A DNA stretch of 64,000 bases from Candidatus Nomurabacteria bacterium GW2011_GWA1_36_15 (GCA_000991415.1 LBRM01000004.1:1398-65397), one strand, 5' to 3'; positions 9,329-18,577 are shown, numbered from the stretch's first letter. A program made the numbers and translations. The notes: generated by a model from the letters alone, not told the origin.

Positions 9329-10369
9329 TTGCGTCGGGGGGGGGCTGTTAAAAGTCTTTTCCATAATGTAATAAGTTTATCAAATTTACTTCAAGCTTGG
9401 AAGGAATTTAAAAGGTGTAAAACTAAAAAGACAGATGTTGCTGAATTCGAATTTGATTTAGAAAATAATCTATTTTCTCTACATCAAGAATTGATAAATA
9501 AAACTTACAAACCTACAAAATATCAAGCATTTTTTGTACATGATCCAAAACGCAGACATATACATAAGGCAATAGTCCTAGATAGAGTTTTAAATCAAGC
9601 TATTTTTAGAATTCTTTATCCTATTTTTGATAAACATTTTATTTCTGATTCATATTCTTCACGGGTTAAAAAGGGAACACACGAAGCATCAAGAAGACTT
9701 TTTATAGCTTTACGTAAAAAGAGCGAGAATTGGAAACGACCAGTTTTTGTTCTTAAGTGTGATATTAGAAAATTTTTTGATTCAATAGATCATATTATAT
9801 TATTTGAGTTAATTAAGAAAAAAATTTTAGATATAGATACTTTATGGCTAATCAGCATAATATTACAAAGTTTTGAGAAGTCTTCAAATACTGGGCTTCC
9901 TCTTGGCAATGCGACTAGTCAACTTTTTGCTAATATCTATTTAAATGAATTAGACCAGTTTATAAAACATAAACTCGAAGTTAAGCATTATTTTAGATAT
10001 GCTGATGATTTTGTCATTTTGCAAAATAACAAAATATATCTTGAAAACCTTTTAGAACAGACAGAAGATTTTTTAAAGAATAATTTAAAATTGAATTTGC
10101 ATCCAGATAAAGTTTTTATAAGGAAATTAAAACAAGGAATAGATTTTGTTGGTTATGTTATTTTACCTGATGTGACTGTATTGCGGACAAAAACAAAGAA
10201 AAGAATCTTAAAAAAACTAAAAAAAGCACAAAAAGAATTTCTAGCTGGAAAGATAAGCAAAAACGAGTTTCAACAAATTCAGGCTTCTTATATAGGCGTG
10301 TTGAAACATTGTAGAAGTAATAAAATTAAAAGAGAAATTAAAAAAAGAATGGTTGCTTTTAAAATATAA
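9329..10369 (+). CDS. DGR-type reverse transcriptase
   Basis: 346 aa; RT motifs: N-terminal LFHNVISLSNLLQAWKEFKRCK, KCDIRKFFDSIDH, GLPLGNATSQLFANIYL (DGR-specific (I/L)GxxxSQ), FRYADDFVIL (YxDD). Track start is TTG 9329; ATG 9319 is out of frame by 1 across a G9 homopolymer. Confidence 0.88.
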   Translation: MRRGGAVKSLFHNVISLSNLLQAWKEFKRCKTKKTDVAEFEFDLENNLFSLHQELINKTYKPTKYQAFFVHDPKRRHIHKAIVLDRVLNQAIFRILYPIFDKHFISDSYSSRVKKGTHEASRRLFIALRKKSENWKRPVFVLKCDIRKFFDSIDHIILFELIKKKILDIDTLWLISIILQSFEKSSNTGLPLGNATSQLFANIYLNELDQFIKHKLEVKHYFRYADDFVILQNNKIYLENLLEQTEDFLKNNLKLNLHPDKVFIRKLKQGIDFVGYVILPDVTVLRTKTKKRILKKLKKAQKEFLAGKISKNEFQQIQASYIGVLKHCRSNKIKREIKKRMVAFKI

Positions 10370-10389
10370 AATGCTAATATGTCTATATT

Positions 10390-10608
10390 ATGGTAGTACG
10401 AATGAGACATACAAAGTCGCATACAAAGAACAGGCGTTCTCATCATGCGTTAGTGAGCACAGGTCTTTCTAAGTGCGAAAATTGTAAGAATTTTAAGAAA
10501 CGCCACACAGTTTGCTTGTCCTGTGGATTTTATCGCGGAACGAAAGTATTAGATTTGATTAAAAAAATGGAAAAGAAGCAAAAGAGAGAAAAAGCAAAAA
10601 AGGCATAG
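10390..10608 (+). CDS. rpmF: 50S ribosomal protein L32
   Basis: MVVRMRHTKSHTKNRRSHHAL...CxxC...CxxCG zinc-ribbon typical of L32. Confidence 0.85.
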   Translation: MVVRMRHTKSHTKNRRSHHALVSTGLSKCENCKNFKKRHTVCLSCGFYRGTKVLDLIKKMEKKQKREKAKKA

Positions 10609-10614
10609 AATTAG

Positions 10615-10744
10615 TTAGAAAATTAATGAACGCAGTGAATATAATTTTCTAACCCTGTTAAATCCTATCATAGGCAGGCCTCGCAGAGCGAGGATTTAAC
10701 AGGGTGATGATTTTCATACTCACTTCATTCATTGAAAATCAATT
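10615..10744 (+). promoter_or_regulatory. repeated promoter + 5' hairpin + leader module, copy A (upstream of nusB)
   Basis: TTAGAAAA-19nt-TATAAT, then hairpin ccctgttaaatcct...aggatttaacaggg (14-bp stem), then conserved tail gattttcatactcacttcattcattgaaaatcaattATG; homologous to copies at 20275 and 57142. Confidence 0.6.
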
Positions 10745-11671
10745 ATGGCTAACCGGCACCTTTCAAGATCAATAGTACTCCAAACGCTTTTTGAGTGGGA
10801 TTTTATCTCTACCTCGGGGCAAAATAAAACTTGGACTGATAAAAAAATAAAAGAAGTTCTAAATAAAAATCTTAAAGAATTTGCTCCCGGATTGGAGGAT
10901 AATGTTTTTGTGTTTTCTTTAGTAGAGGAAGTATTGAAAAAATGTAAAGCAGTTGACGAGATAATAAAAAAAGCTGCACCAGACTGGCCGCTGGATAAAA
11001 TTTCCATTGTTGATAGAAATATTTTAAGAATTGGTTTGACAGAACTTCTTTTTGGTAATAGAAATCAAGTACCTCCCAAGGTGGCAATCAATGAAGCAAT
11101 AGAACTGGCTAAAACTTTTGGCGGGGAAAATTCCGGTAAATTTGTGAATGGCGTGCTGGGTGCAGTTTATAAAGAAATTGGCGAACCCGGCAAAGAACAA
11201 ATAAGCAAGAAGAAAAGAAAAGAAGAACCATTAGATATTACAAAGATGCCGGTTGAAAAATTAGGAGGGGCGTTGGTGTACGCAAAAAGAAATGGTAATA
11301 TTTTGTTCGCCTTGGTACATGATGTTTTTGGCTATTGGACTTTATCAAAAGGTAAAGTTGAAGAAAGTGAAGATGTAAAAAATGGCACAATAAGAGAAAT
11401 AAGAGAAGAGATTGGTTTAGATATTATAATTAAAGAAAAGTTGGGAGAAAATGAATATGTAGCTTCTCATCCAGAAAAAGGAAAAATTCTGAAAAAAGTG
11501 GTTTATTTTTTAGCAGAAAGTAAATACCAAAAACTCCAGCTTGAAAATTCCGGCGGGCTAGATGGAGCCAAATGGTTTCAGCTTTCAGAAATTCCGGAAC
11601 TTCGCATTTATAATGATATTATTCCACTTATCACCAAGGCGATTGAAATACTGAATAGTGGAAAGTTATAA
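10745..11671 (+). CDS. nusB: transcription antitermination factor NusB fused to C-terminal Nudix hydrolase domain
   Basis: N-terminal NusB (LFEWDF...DRNILRIGLTEL...ELAKTFGGENSGKFVNGVLG); C-terminal Nudix box GKVEESEDVKNGTIREIREEIGL (Gx5Ex7REUxEExGU). Confidence 0.8.
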   Translation: MANRHLSRSIVLQTLFEWDFISTSGQNKTWTDKKIKEVLNKNLKEFAPGLEDNVFVFSLVEEVLKKCKAVDEIIKKAAPDWPLDKISIVDRNILRIGLTELLFGNRNQVPPKVAINEAIELAKTFGGENSGKFVNGVLGAVYKEIGEPGKEQISKKKRKEEPLDITKMPVEKLGGALVYAKRNGNILFALVHDVFGYWTLSKGKVEESEDVKNGTIREIREEIGLDIIIKEKLGENEYVASHPEKGKILKKVVYFLAESKYQKLQLENSGGLDGAKWFQLSEIPELRIYNDIIPLITKAIEILNSGKL

Positions 11672-12395
11672 AGTTTATAAAGTAAAAAGTAAAAATATTA
11701 TGATTCGATTTTCGGATTTTGAAAAAAATACAAAAATAATCTTCAAAGACAAAAATTTATTGAAGCAAGCTTTTATACACCGTTCTTATATAAATGAGAA
11801 CCCGGGCTCTTTTCTTTCGCATAATGAACGTCTAGAATTTTTGGGTGATGCCGTGCTTGAACTTATTGTTACCGATTTTCTTTATAAAAAATATTTAAAT
11901 TATACGGAAGGAGAGCTGACTGCCATTCGTTCAGCTCTAGTGAATGCTGTTATTATTTCTGAAGTCGCCTTAAAAATTGGGATGAATGACTACTTGCTTT
12001 TGTCTAAAGGTGAAGCCAGAGACAATGGCAAGGCGAGACAATATATTTTAGCTAACACATACGAAGCGTATGTTGGGGCAGTTTATTTGGACCAGGGCTA
12101 TGATGTCGCAAATAAATTTATAGCCGCCACTCTTTTGCCTCATACGGAAGAAATTGTTTCTAAAAAACTTTGGCGAGATGCGAAAAGTTTAGTGCAGGAA
12201 AAAACGCAAGAATTTGTCGGGGTTACTCCTGTTTATAAAGTTTTACACGAGTCTGGTCCTGATCATGATAAGCATTTTACAGTGGGTATTTATTTTGGTC
12301 CTAATTTGATTACGGAAGGTAAAGGTAAATCAAAACAAGAAGCAGAACAAAAGGCGGCAGAGATGGCATTAAAAATAAAAAATTGGATTGAATAA
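11658..12395 (+). CDS. rnc: ribonuclease III
   Basis: Signature ERLEFLGDAVLELIV; C-terminal dsRBD (FTVGIYFGPNLITEGKGKSKQEAEQKAAEMAL). Confidence 0.92.
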   Translation: MESYKVYKVKSKNIMIRFSDFEKNTKIIFKDKNLLKQAFIHRSYINENPGSFLSHNERLEFLGDAVLELIVTDFLYKKYLNYTEGELTAIRSALVNAVIISEVALKIGMNDYLLLSKGEARDNGKARQYILANTYEAYVGAVYLDQGYDVANKFIAATLLPHTEEIVSKKLWRDAKSLVQEKTQEFVGVTPVYKVLHESGPDHDKHFTVGIYFGPNLITEGKGKSKQEAEQKAAEMALKIKNWIE

Positions 12396-14661
12396 TATGC
12401 GGCTGAAGAACCTTGAAATAAATGGTTTTAAATCTTTTTCTAGAAAAACAGTTTTAGAGTTTCAAAATCCCATTGTTTCTATCGTTGGTCCGAATGGATC
12501 TGGTAAATCGAACGTAGTGGAAGCACTTCGCTTTGTATTGGGAGAACAATCGATAAAATCAATGCGCGGATCTTTGGGGTCTGATTTAATTTTTAAAGGA
12601 TCAAAAAATTTACCTAAAAGCTCTCGGGCGGTTGTCGCCATATATTTTGATAATTCCGATAAAATTTTCAAACTTTCTAATGAAACAGGCGAGAATATTA
12701 ATTTGAATTATGATGTTATTTCAATTTCTCGCGAAGTTTATCCTGATGGGCTGAACAAATATATTTTAAACGGTTCGGAAGTAAGATTAAAGGATATTAA
12801 TAATCTTTTATCCTCAGTCAATATTGGTTCTTCGGGACATCAAATCATTTCTCAAGGTGAGGCGGATAGAATTTTAAATGCTTCTCCCAGAGATAGAAGG
12901 GAAATGGTGGAAGATGCCCTTGGCCTTAAAATTTATCAATACAAAATAAAAGAAGCCGGACGTAAACTGGAAAGGACAACCGACAACATGAAAGAAGTTT
13001 CGCTTTTGCGTCGGGAAAATGCTCCACATTTGAATTTTTTAAAAAAGCAAGTAGATAAATTCGAAAAAGCGAAAGAAATGCAGATAACCTTGTTATCTTT
13101 GTATAAAGAATATTTTAAAAAAGAAGACATTTATTTGGAAAAAGAACGATCCAGTTTGCTTTTGGAAAGGAATAAAATTTCTTCAGAATTAAAAAGTGTT
13201 AAAGAAAAAATTTCTGAAGTGGATGTGGTTGATAAAAAAGAGGAAAACAAAAACGAAGAGGAATTAAAAATTCTGGAGAAGAAAATTGGCGAGATTCATG
13301 GAATTAAAAATGAGATAGAACACAAACTGGGACGCCTTGAGGGAATGATGGAAATGGAAGAACATAGAAAAGAAAAAATGCCAGAAGTTGTAATAAAAAA
13401 CTCCGGAGAAATTAAAGAAATATTTGATGAAATTAGTTCTGAGATAGAAGGAGCTATAGTGGAAGATAATATAGCAGAAGTTAAAATCATTCTTTTAAGA
13501 ATTCGAAATATTTTAAAAGAATTTTCTGGAAATATAATTTCTTCAGGTCCTCGGTTCTCCGGGTCCCTATCCCGGCCAGACCATTCAAAAACTATATTTC
13601 CAGAGAATCCTGAGTTAAAAAAGAATCAGCAAGAAATTTTGGTTGAAATGCAAAATATTAAAGAAGAAGAAAATAAAATTTTTGAGAAGATAGAGATATT
13701 GAAAAGAAAAATTATCCAGGAGAATGAAACCTTACATACCAGAGAAAAGGAGAAGTTTAATTTTAGAGTTAGATATCAAGAACTAGCTTCTTCTTTAGGG
13801 CTTATATCTGTAAAGGAGGAAAATTTGGCAAAAGAAATAGAAGCCTTTAAAAATGAGATAAAAGAGGGTTCTATACTTATTGGAAGTGAGATTCTTTCTT
13901 ATAAAAGTTTTGAAATAAAGGGGTCAATAGATAGAAGTATACAAGAAGAACTAAAGAAAAAAATTGAACGTATTAAAATAAAATTGGAAGATGTTGGTTT
14001 GGGCGGGGGGTCTGAAGTAATTAAAGAATTTGAAGAAGTATCACGGAGAGATAATTTTTTGGCAAAAGAGATGGAAGATTTAGCTGTAAGCATAGAATCA
14101 CTGCGTAAGCTTATGGCAGACTTAAAGGAAAAAATAGACATAGAATTCAAAAATGGTGTCGAAAAAATAAACAAAGAATTTCATAAATTCTTTTCGCTTA
14201 TGTTTAATGGGGGGACAGGATCCCTTTCCATTATAATTGAAAACAAAAAGAAATCCTCCGTCGCCGAGACTTCGGAGGATGAGGAAGAAGAAAATATTGT
14301 ACAAGAACAGGGTATTGAAATTAATGTTTCACTTCCGCATAAAAAAGTAAAGGAACTTAATGCGCTTTCAGGCGGAGAAAGATCTCTTGCCTCTATTGCT
14401 CTTCTTTTTGCTATGTCCCAAGTGAATCCACCGCCTTTCTTAGTTTTAGATGAGACAGATGCTGCTCTGGATGAAGCAAATTCCTGCAAATATGGAGATA
14501 TGCTAGAAAAACTTTCCCAGCATTCTCAACTTATTGTTGTCACTCATAACAGGGAAACTATGTCTAGAGCTGATATTTTATATGGCGTAACCATAGGCAA
14601 CGACGGCGCCTCAAAACTTCTTTCGGTCAAACTCGATGAAGCTACCGCAATTGCGAAATAA
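12388..14661 (+). CDS. smc: SMC-family chromosome segregation ATPase (short form, 757 aa)
   Basis: N-terminal Walker A GPNGSGKSN; long coiled-coil K/E-rich middle; C-terminal signature LSGGERSLASIALLFAM and Walker B FLVLDETDAALD. Confidence 0.75.
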   Translation: MNNMRLKNLEINGFKSFSRKTVLEFQNPIVSIVGPNGSGKSNVVEALRFVLGEQSIKSMRGSLGSDLIFKGSKNLPKSSRAVVAIYFDNSDKIFKLSNETGENINLNYDVISISREVYPDGLNKYILNGSEVRLKDINNLLSSVNIGSSGHQIISQGEADRILNASPRDRREMVEDALGLKIYQYKIKEAGRKLERTTDNMKEVSLLRRENAPHLNFLKKQVDKFEKAKEMQITLLSLYKEYFKKEDIYLEKERSSLLLERNKISSELKSVKEKISEVDVVDKKEENKNEEELKILEKKIGEIHGIKNEIEHKLGRLEGMMEMEEHRKEKMPEVVIKNSGEIKEIFDEISSEIEGAIVEDNIAEVKIILLRIRNILKEFSGNIISSGPRFSGSLSRPDHSKTIFPENPELKKNQQEILVEMQNIKEEENKIFEKIEILKRKIIQENETLHTREKEKFNFRVRYQELASSLGLISVKEENLAKEIEAFKNEIKEGSILIGSEILSYKSFEIKGSIDRSIQEELKKKIERIKIKLEDVGLGGGSEVIKEFEEVSRRDNFLAKEMEDLAVSIESLRKLMADLKEKIDIEFKNGVEKINKEFHKFFSLMFNGGTGSLSIIIENKKKSSVAETSEDEEEENIVQEQGIEINVSLPHKKVKELNALSGGERSLASIALLFAMSQVNPPPFLVLDETDAALDEANSCKYGDMLEKLSQHSQLIVVTHNRETMSRADILYGVTIGNDGASKLLSVKLDEATAIAK

Positions 14662-14678
14662 CTTTTTAACAAAATTTA

Positions 14679-16571
14679 TTAATTAAATTCAATTTTTTCT
14701 TCCTTGCCTCCCGTTATTGTGTCTGGTTGGAAGAATTTATTCAATTTTAGAATATTTTTCTTGATAGACATATTTCCATTTTTCTCCAATTTAATTTCAA
14801 GAAGCATTCCCTTCATGGTATTTTCAGAGAAGCCTTGGTCAAAAATAAAATTGCCCAAAGAATAAGCAATAAAACCATTTTTATAAACTTCCGTATCTTC
14901 TATCACATGAGGATGATGGCCAACTACTATTTTAGCTCCAGCATCTATGGCTTTGTGGGCTAAGTATTCTTGTCTGGCATTGTGTTTAGTTTGGTATTCT
15001 TCACCAAAATGTATTGAGACTATTAAATACTCAACTTGTTTTGAGGCATTTTGGATTATTTCATCAAAACGCGGATTATTGGCAAGCAGGACACCAGCTT
15101 GATTTTCAGTTGATTTTATCCATTCAGGTCCAACATCAGAAAATCCTAAATATCCTATTTTAATTCCATATTTTTCTATAATTACAGGATTTTCTGCTTC
15201 GCTTGCATTCACCCCTCCACCTATATATGAGATTTCGTTTTCTTTTAAATGCGCCAAGGTATCAGTATAGGCATCACGCCCCCAATCTCCAACATGATTG
15301 TTGGCAACTGAAACTACGGAGATTCCTGCACCCTTCAAAGCAGGTACGGCGGAGGGATCCATTCTAAATGAATATAAATTGCGCATATCTTTCCCTACGT
15401 CAGATATTGGACCTTCCAGATTGGCAAAAACGATGTCAGATTTTTTCAAGATCCCTAATTTTTCGAAAAGCGCTGAATAATCCCCGTTAAAATTTTTATT
15501 TACGGAATTTTTAACTCCGCGATCAAGCATTATGTCTCCGCCCAAGAGGAGAGTTACAAAATCTTTATCATATATTTCAGGCATATCAGTTCTTTCTTTC
15601 ACCCAAGCCGTATTAGCATCTGCCTCCCCACCATAATATATATTTTTGTTTAAATATTTTAGAATATTTTCTACATCTTTGAAGCGATCTTTGCTTTGTA
15701 AAAGAGTAATTGCTATGTGGCGTACCCCAGTTTCTGATAAAGGAATTGAAAAAAGAGAAACAACTGTTTGTAAAGCGGGATCTGTATATCCGCTTTTACC
15801 GCCGAGATACCCTTCCTCATGTAAAAATTGATTATTGCTGGACCAGTTGTGTTTTTTGTTGGAATAACTGCGTTTGGTTGTGATTTGAAATAGGTCTGGT
15901 TTTTTTTGATTTAAATATCCAGCTAGTTTGAACATATCAAAAACAGTCGATTGGTTTTTGAGAGAAAGCCCACTCGGATCCCCGAAAGTAGTTTTAGATA
16001 ATTCTAATTTGTTGGCTGTCTGATTCATTTTTTTTATGAAAGTATCTCGACCGAAATATTCGGCTATTATTTCTGCAGCGTCATTGCTTGATTCTAAGAG
16101 CAGGGGATAAATAAGATCTGTAATTTTTATTTTTTCTCCTAATTTTAAGCTGCCATTTTCTCCATATGTCCCTAATGCTTTTTTAGAAACCTTAGCAATA
16201 TCATCTGGATTCATCAATTCTGTAGCGATAAAAGCAGTCATAAGCTTGGAAACTGAAGCGATCGGAAATTGTTGGTCTTGATTTTTTGTTAGGATAATCT
16301 CTCCTGTATCTAAATCACCAACTAAATAAGCCTCGGCTGAAACTTTTGGTTTTTGATTTAGATTTTTAGGATCTTTTATAGAATAAAAATATTTTGGTGT
16401 TGTTTCTTTGGCTGTCAAAGATTCTATTGCTATGGCTGTATTTTCGTATGGTTTTGTCGTTTTTTCATATCCAATATTTTTTAAAAAGAAAGATACAGAA
16501 AACACACCGATGATAATAGCGGATATTATCCAAAATCCAAATTTAATTTTTGAGTGGGAGACGAGCCTCAT
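14679..16571 (-). CDS. fusion protein: D-alanyl-D-alanine carboxypeptidase (S11/PBP5-like) + CapA/PgsA metallophosphatase domain
   Basis: N-terminal TM, SxxK (ASVSKLMT), SxN (SSND), KSG (GGKSGYT); C-terminal CapA motifs IVFANLEGP, VVSVANNHVGDWG, VVGHHPHV. Confidence 0.65.
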   Translation of the reverse strand: MRLVSHSKIKFGFWIISAIIIGVFSVSFFLKNIGYEKTTKPYENTAIAIESLTAKETTPKYFYSIKDPKNLNQKPKVSAEAYLVGDLDTGEIILTKNQDQQFPIASVSKLMTAFIATELMNPDDIAKVSKKALGTYGENGSLKLGEKIKITDLIYPLLLESSNDAAEIIAEYFGRDTFIKKMNQTANKLELSKTTFGDPSGLSLKNQSTVFDMFKLAGYLNQKKPDLFQITTKRSYSNKKHNWSSNNQFLHEEGYLGGKSGYTDPALQTVVSLFSIPLSETGVRHIAITLLQSKDRFKDVENILKYLNKNIYYGGEADANTAWVKERTDMPEIYDKDFVTLLLGGDIMLDRGVKNSVNKNFNGDYSALFEKLGILKKSDIVFANLEGPISDVGKDMRNLYSFRMDPSAVPALKGAGISVVSVANNHVGDWGRDAYTDTLAHLKENEISYIGGGVNASEAENPVIIEKYGIKIGYLGFSDVGPEWIKSTENQAGVLLANNPRFDEIIQNASKQVEYLIVSIHFGEEYQTKHNARQEYLAHKAIDAGAKIVVGHHPHVIEDTEVYKNGFIAYSLGNFIFDQGFSENTMKGMLLEIKLEKNGNMSIKKNILKLNKFFQPDTITGGKEEKIEFN

Positions 16572-18577
16572 ATTAATAGGTAATCTATCGTTTTTCTTTC
16601 CAAATCGACATTTTTCACTTTTATTTTAATACAATCACCCAGACGATATTTTTTCTTCTTTTTTTGTCCAACTAATTCTAATTTTTTTTCATTAAAAACA
16701 TAGAAATCGTCCTGTATATCTCTCACTCGCACCAAACCTTCGCATTTTGTTTCCATTTCTTCTACATAAACACCCCATTCCGTTACTCCACTTATAATTC
16801 CCTTAAATACTTGGCCGATGCGAGAAGACATATATTCAACTTGTTTATATTTTATAGAAGCTCGCTCCGCATCCGAAGCGCATTTCTCTTGTTCTGAAGA
16901 TTTTCTGGAAATTTCTTCATAGATGCTTAATTTTTCTTTACCTACTTTCAACCCTTTCAAATGATCAGTCAAAAGTCTATGTACCACTATATCGGGATAT
17001 CGTCTGATAGGAGAGGTAAAATGGGCATAATATTCGAAAGCCAGACCATAATGCCCGACATTTTTTGTGGAATAAATCGCTTTGGCCATGGAGCGTATAA
17101 CTGCGCGATGCACTGTATTTTCTTCATTTTTGCCTGACAGACTTTTTAAAAGATTATTTATTTCGTATGTCGGTATTATTCCGTCTATTAAAGATATTTT
17201 ATATCCCAAGCTTCTTAGAAAAAATGCCAAATCAGCCATTTTTTCTTTGCTGGGATTGTCATGAATACGATAGACAAATACATTATCTTCCTTTTTTGTG
17301 CCCTTAGAAATAGTTTCCGCCACTTTTTTATTTGCTAAAAGCATAAATTCTTCAATTAATTTATTAGAATCACCCTGTTCTTTTTTTATTACTTTTATCG
17401 GTACTCCATTTTTATCTAAAATAAATTTTACTTCTTCTTGATCAAGCGATATTGCGCCGTTGGCGAATCTTTCTTTAGTTAATTTCTTTGCTAAATCATT
17501 TAAAATAGAAAGTTCTTTATGCAATGGAGATTTTATTTTTTTAATGGATTCTTCTGCTTCTTCATAAGTAAACCTTTTTTGAGAATGTATGACAGTACGT
17601 CCGAACCATTCTTTTTTCACAATTGCATTTCTGTCTATAATAAAAACCGCGCTGATGGTAAGCCTGTCCTTATTAGGCAACAAAGAACATAAATCATTTG
17701 AAAGTATTTCTGGCAGCATCGGTATTGTCCTATCAACCAAATATACGGAAGTTCCTCTATTTTTCGCTTCGTGGTCAAGTTCACTTCCAATCTTTACATA
17801 ATGGGAAACATCAGCTATATGTATACCTATTTCATACATGCCCGCCATAGCCTTAGCGTCGGTGGGTTCGTTTCCGCTTATTTCCCTGAAAGATATTGCA
17901 TCGTCAAAATCTTTTGCATCTTCAGGATCAATAGTGAAAGTGAGAATTTTTCTGAAATCGCGTCGTCTCGTGAAATCCTCGTTTTTTATTCCAAGATCTC
18001 TAATTTTTTTAGCTTCTTCTTTTATTTTTTGGGGGAAATCACTGTCAAAACCCTTCTCTATAGCGATAGCGTGCATTTCCGCATTATTGTCACCTGGTTT
18101 TCCTAAAATTTTTATTACTTTTCCTTCTGGCGCTTTAAGTGGATCTTTCCAAGAAATGATTTCTACATAAACCTTCTGTCCAGCTTTTGCGCCGTTTAAC
18201 CCGCCCACTTCGCGATGCGAAGTGTTTCGGGCAGGCATTTTTTCTGGTATCAGGATGTCAGTATACATTTTAGTGTCGTCAGGTTTTAGAAAATATAATC
18301 CGTTTTCCTTTTCTAAAACTCCCGAAAAGCCGATTTTAGCACGTGAAATTATTTTAGAAACTTCTGCAGTGAGTCGTCCGTGACCTTTAGTATGCAAGAT
18401 AATTTCAACCATATCGCCATGCAAGGCTGTGTTTAAATGACGGAAATCAATCTCCGAATCTTCTTCATAATCAGGAGTCCTAACATACCCAATACCTTTA
18501 GAAGAAATTGATATGACACCCTGTGTTGTTTTCGTAATTTTTTTTGCTTCTTTTCTCATTGTTATTAAATATAACAT
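16568..18577 (-). CDS. rnr: ribonuclease R (RNB family 3'-5' exoribonuclease)
   Basis: 669 aa; RNB motif ILTFTIDPEDAKDFDDAISF, IGIHIADVSHYV; C-terminal S1 domain. Confidence 0.88.
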   Translation of the reverse strand: MLYLITMRKEAKKITKTTQGVISISSKGIGYVRTPDYEEDSEIDFRHLNTALHGDMVEIILHTKGHGRLTAEVSKIISRAKIGFSGVLEKENGLYFLKPDDTKMYTDILIPEKMPARNTSHREVGGLNGAKAGQKVYVEIISWKDPLKAPEGKVIKILGKPGDNNAEMHAIAIEKGFDSDFPQKIKEEAKKIRDLGIKNEDFTRRRDFRKILTFTIDPEDAKDFDDAISFREISGNEPTDAKAMAGMYEIGIHIADVSHYVKIGSELDHEAKNRGTSVYLVDRTIPMLPEILSNDLCSLLPNKDRLTISAVFIIDRNAIVKKEWFGRTVIHSQKRFTYEEAEESIKKIKSPLHKELSILNDLAKKLTKERFANGAISLDQEEVKFILDKNGVPIKVIKKEQGDSNKLIEEFMLLANKKVAETISKGTKKEDNVFVYRIHDNPSKEKMADLAFFLRSLGYKISLIDGIIPTYEINNLLKSLSGKNEENTVHRAVIRSMAKAIYSTKNVGHYGLAFEYYAHFTSPIRRYPDIVVHRLLTDHLKGLKVGKEKLSIYEEISRKSSEQEKCASDAERASIKYKQVEYMSSRIGQVFKGIISGVTEWGVYVEEMETKCEGLVRVRDIQDDFYVFNEKKLELVGQKKKKKYRLGDCIKIKVKNVDLERKTIDYLLI

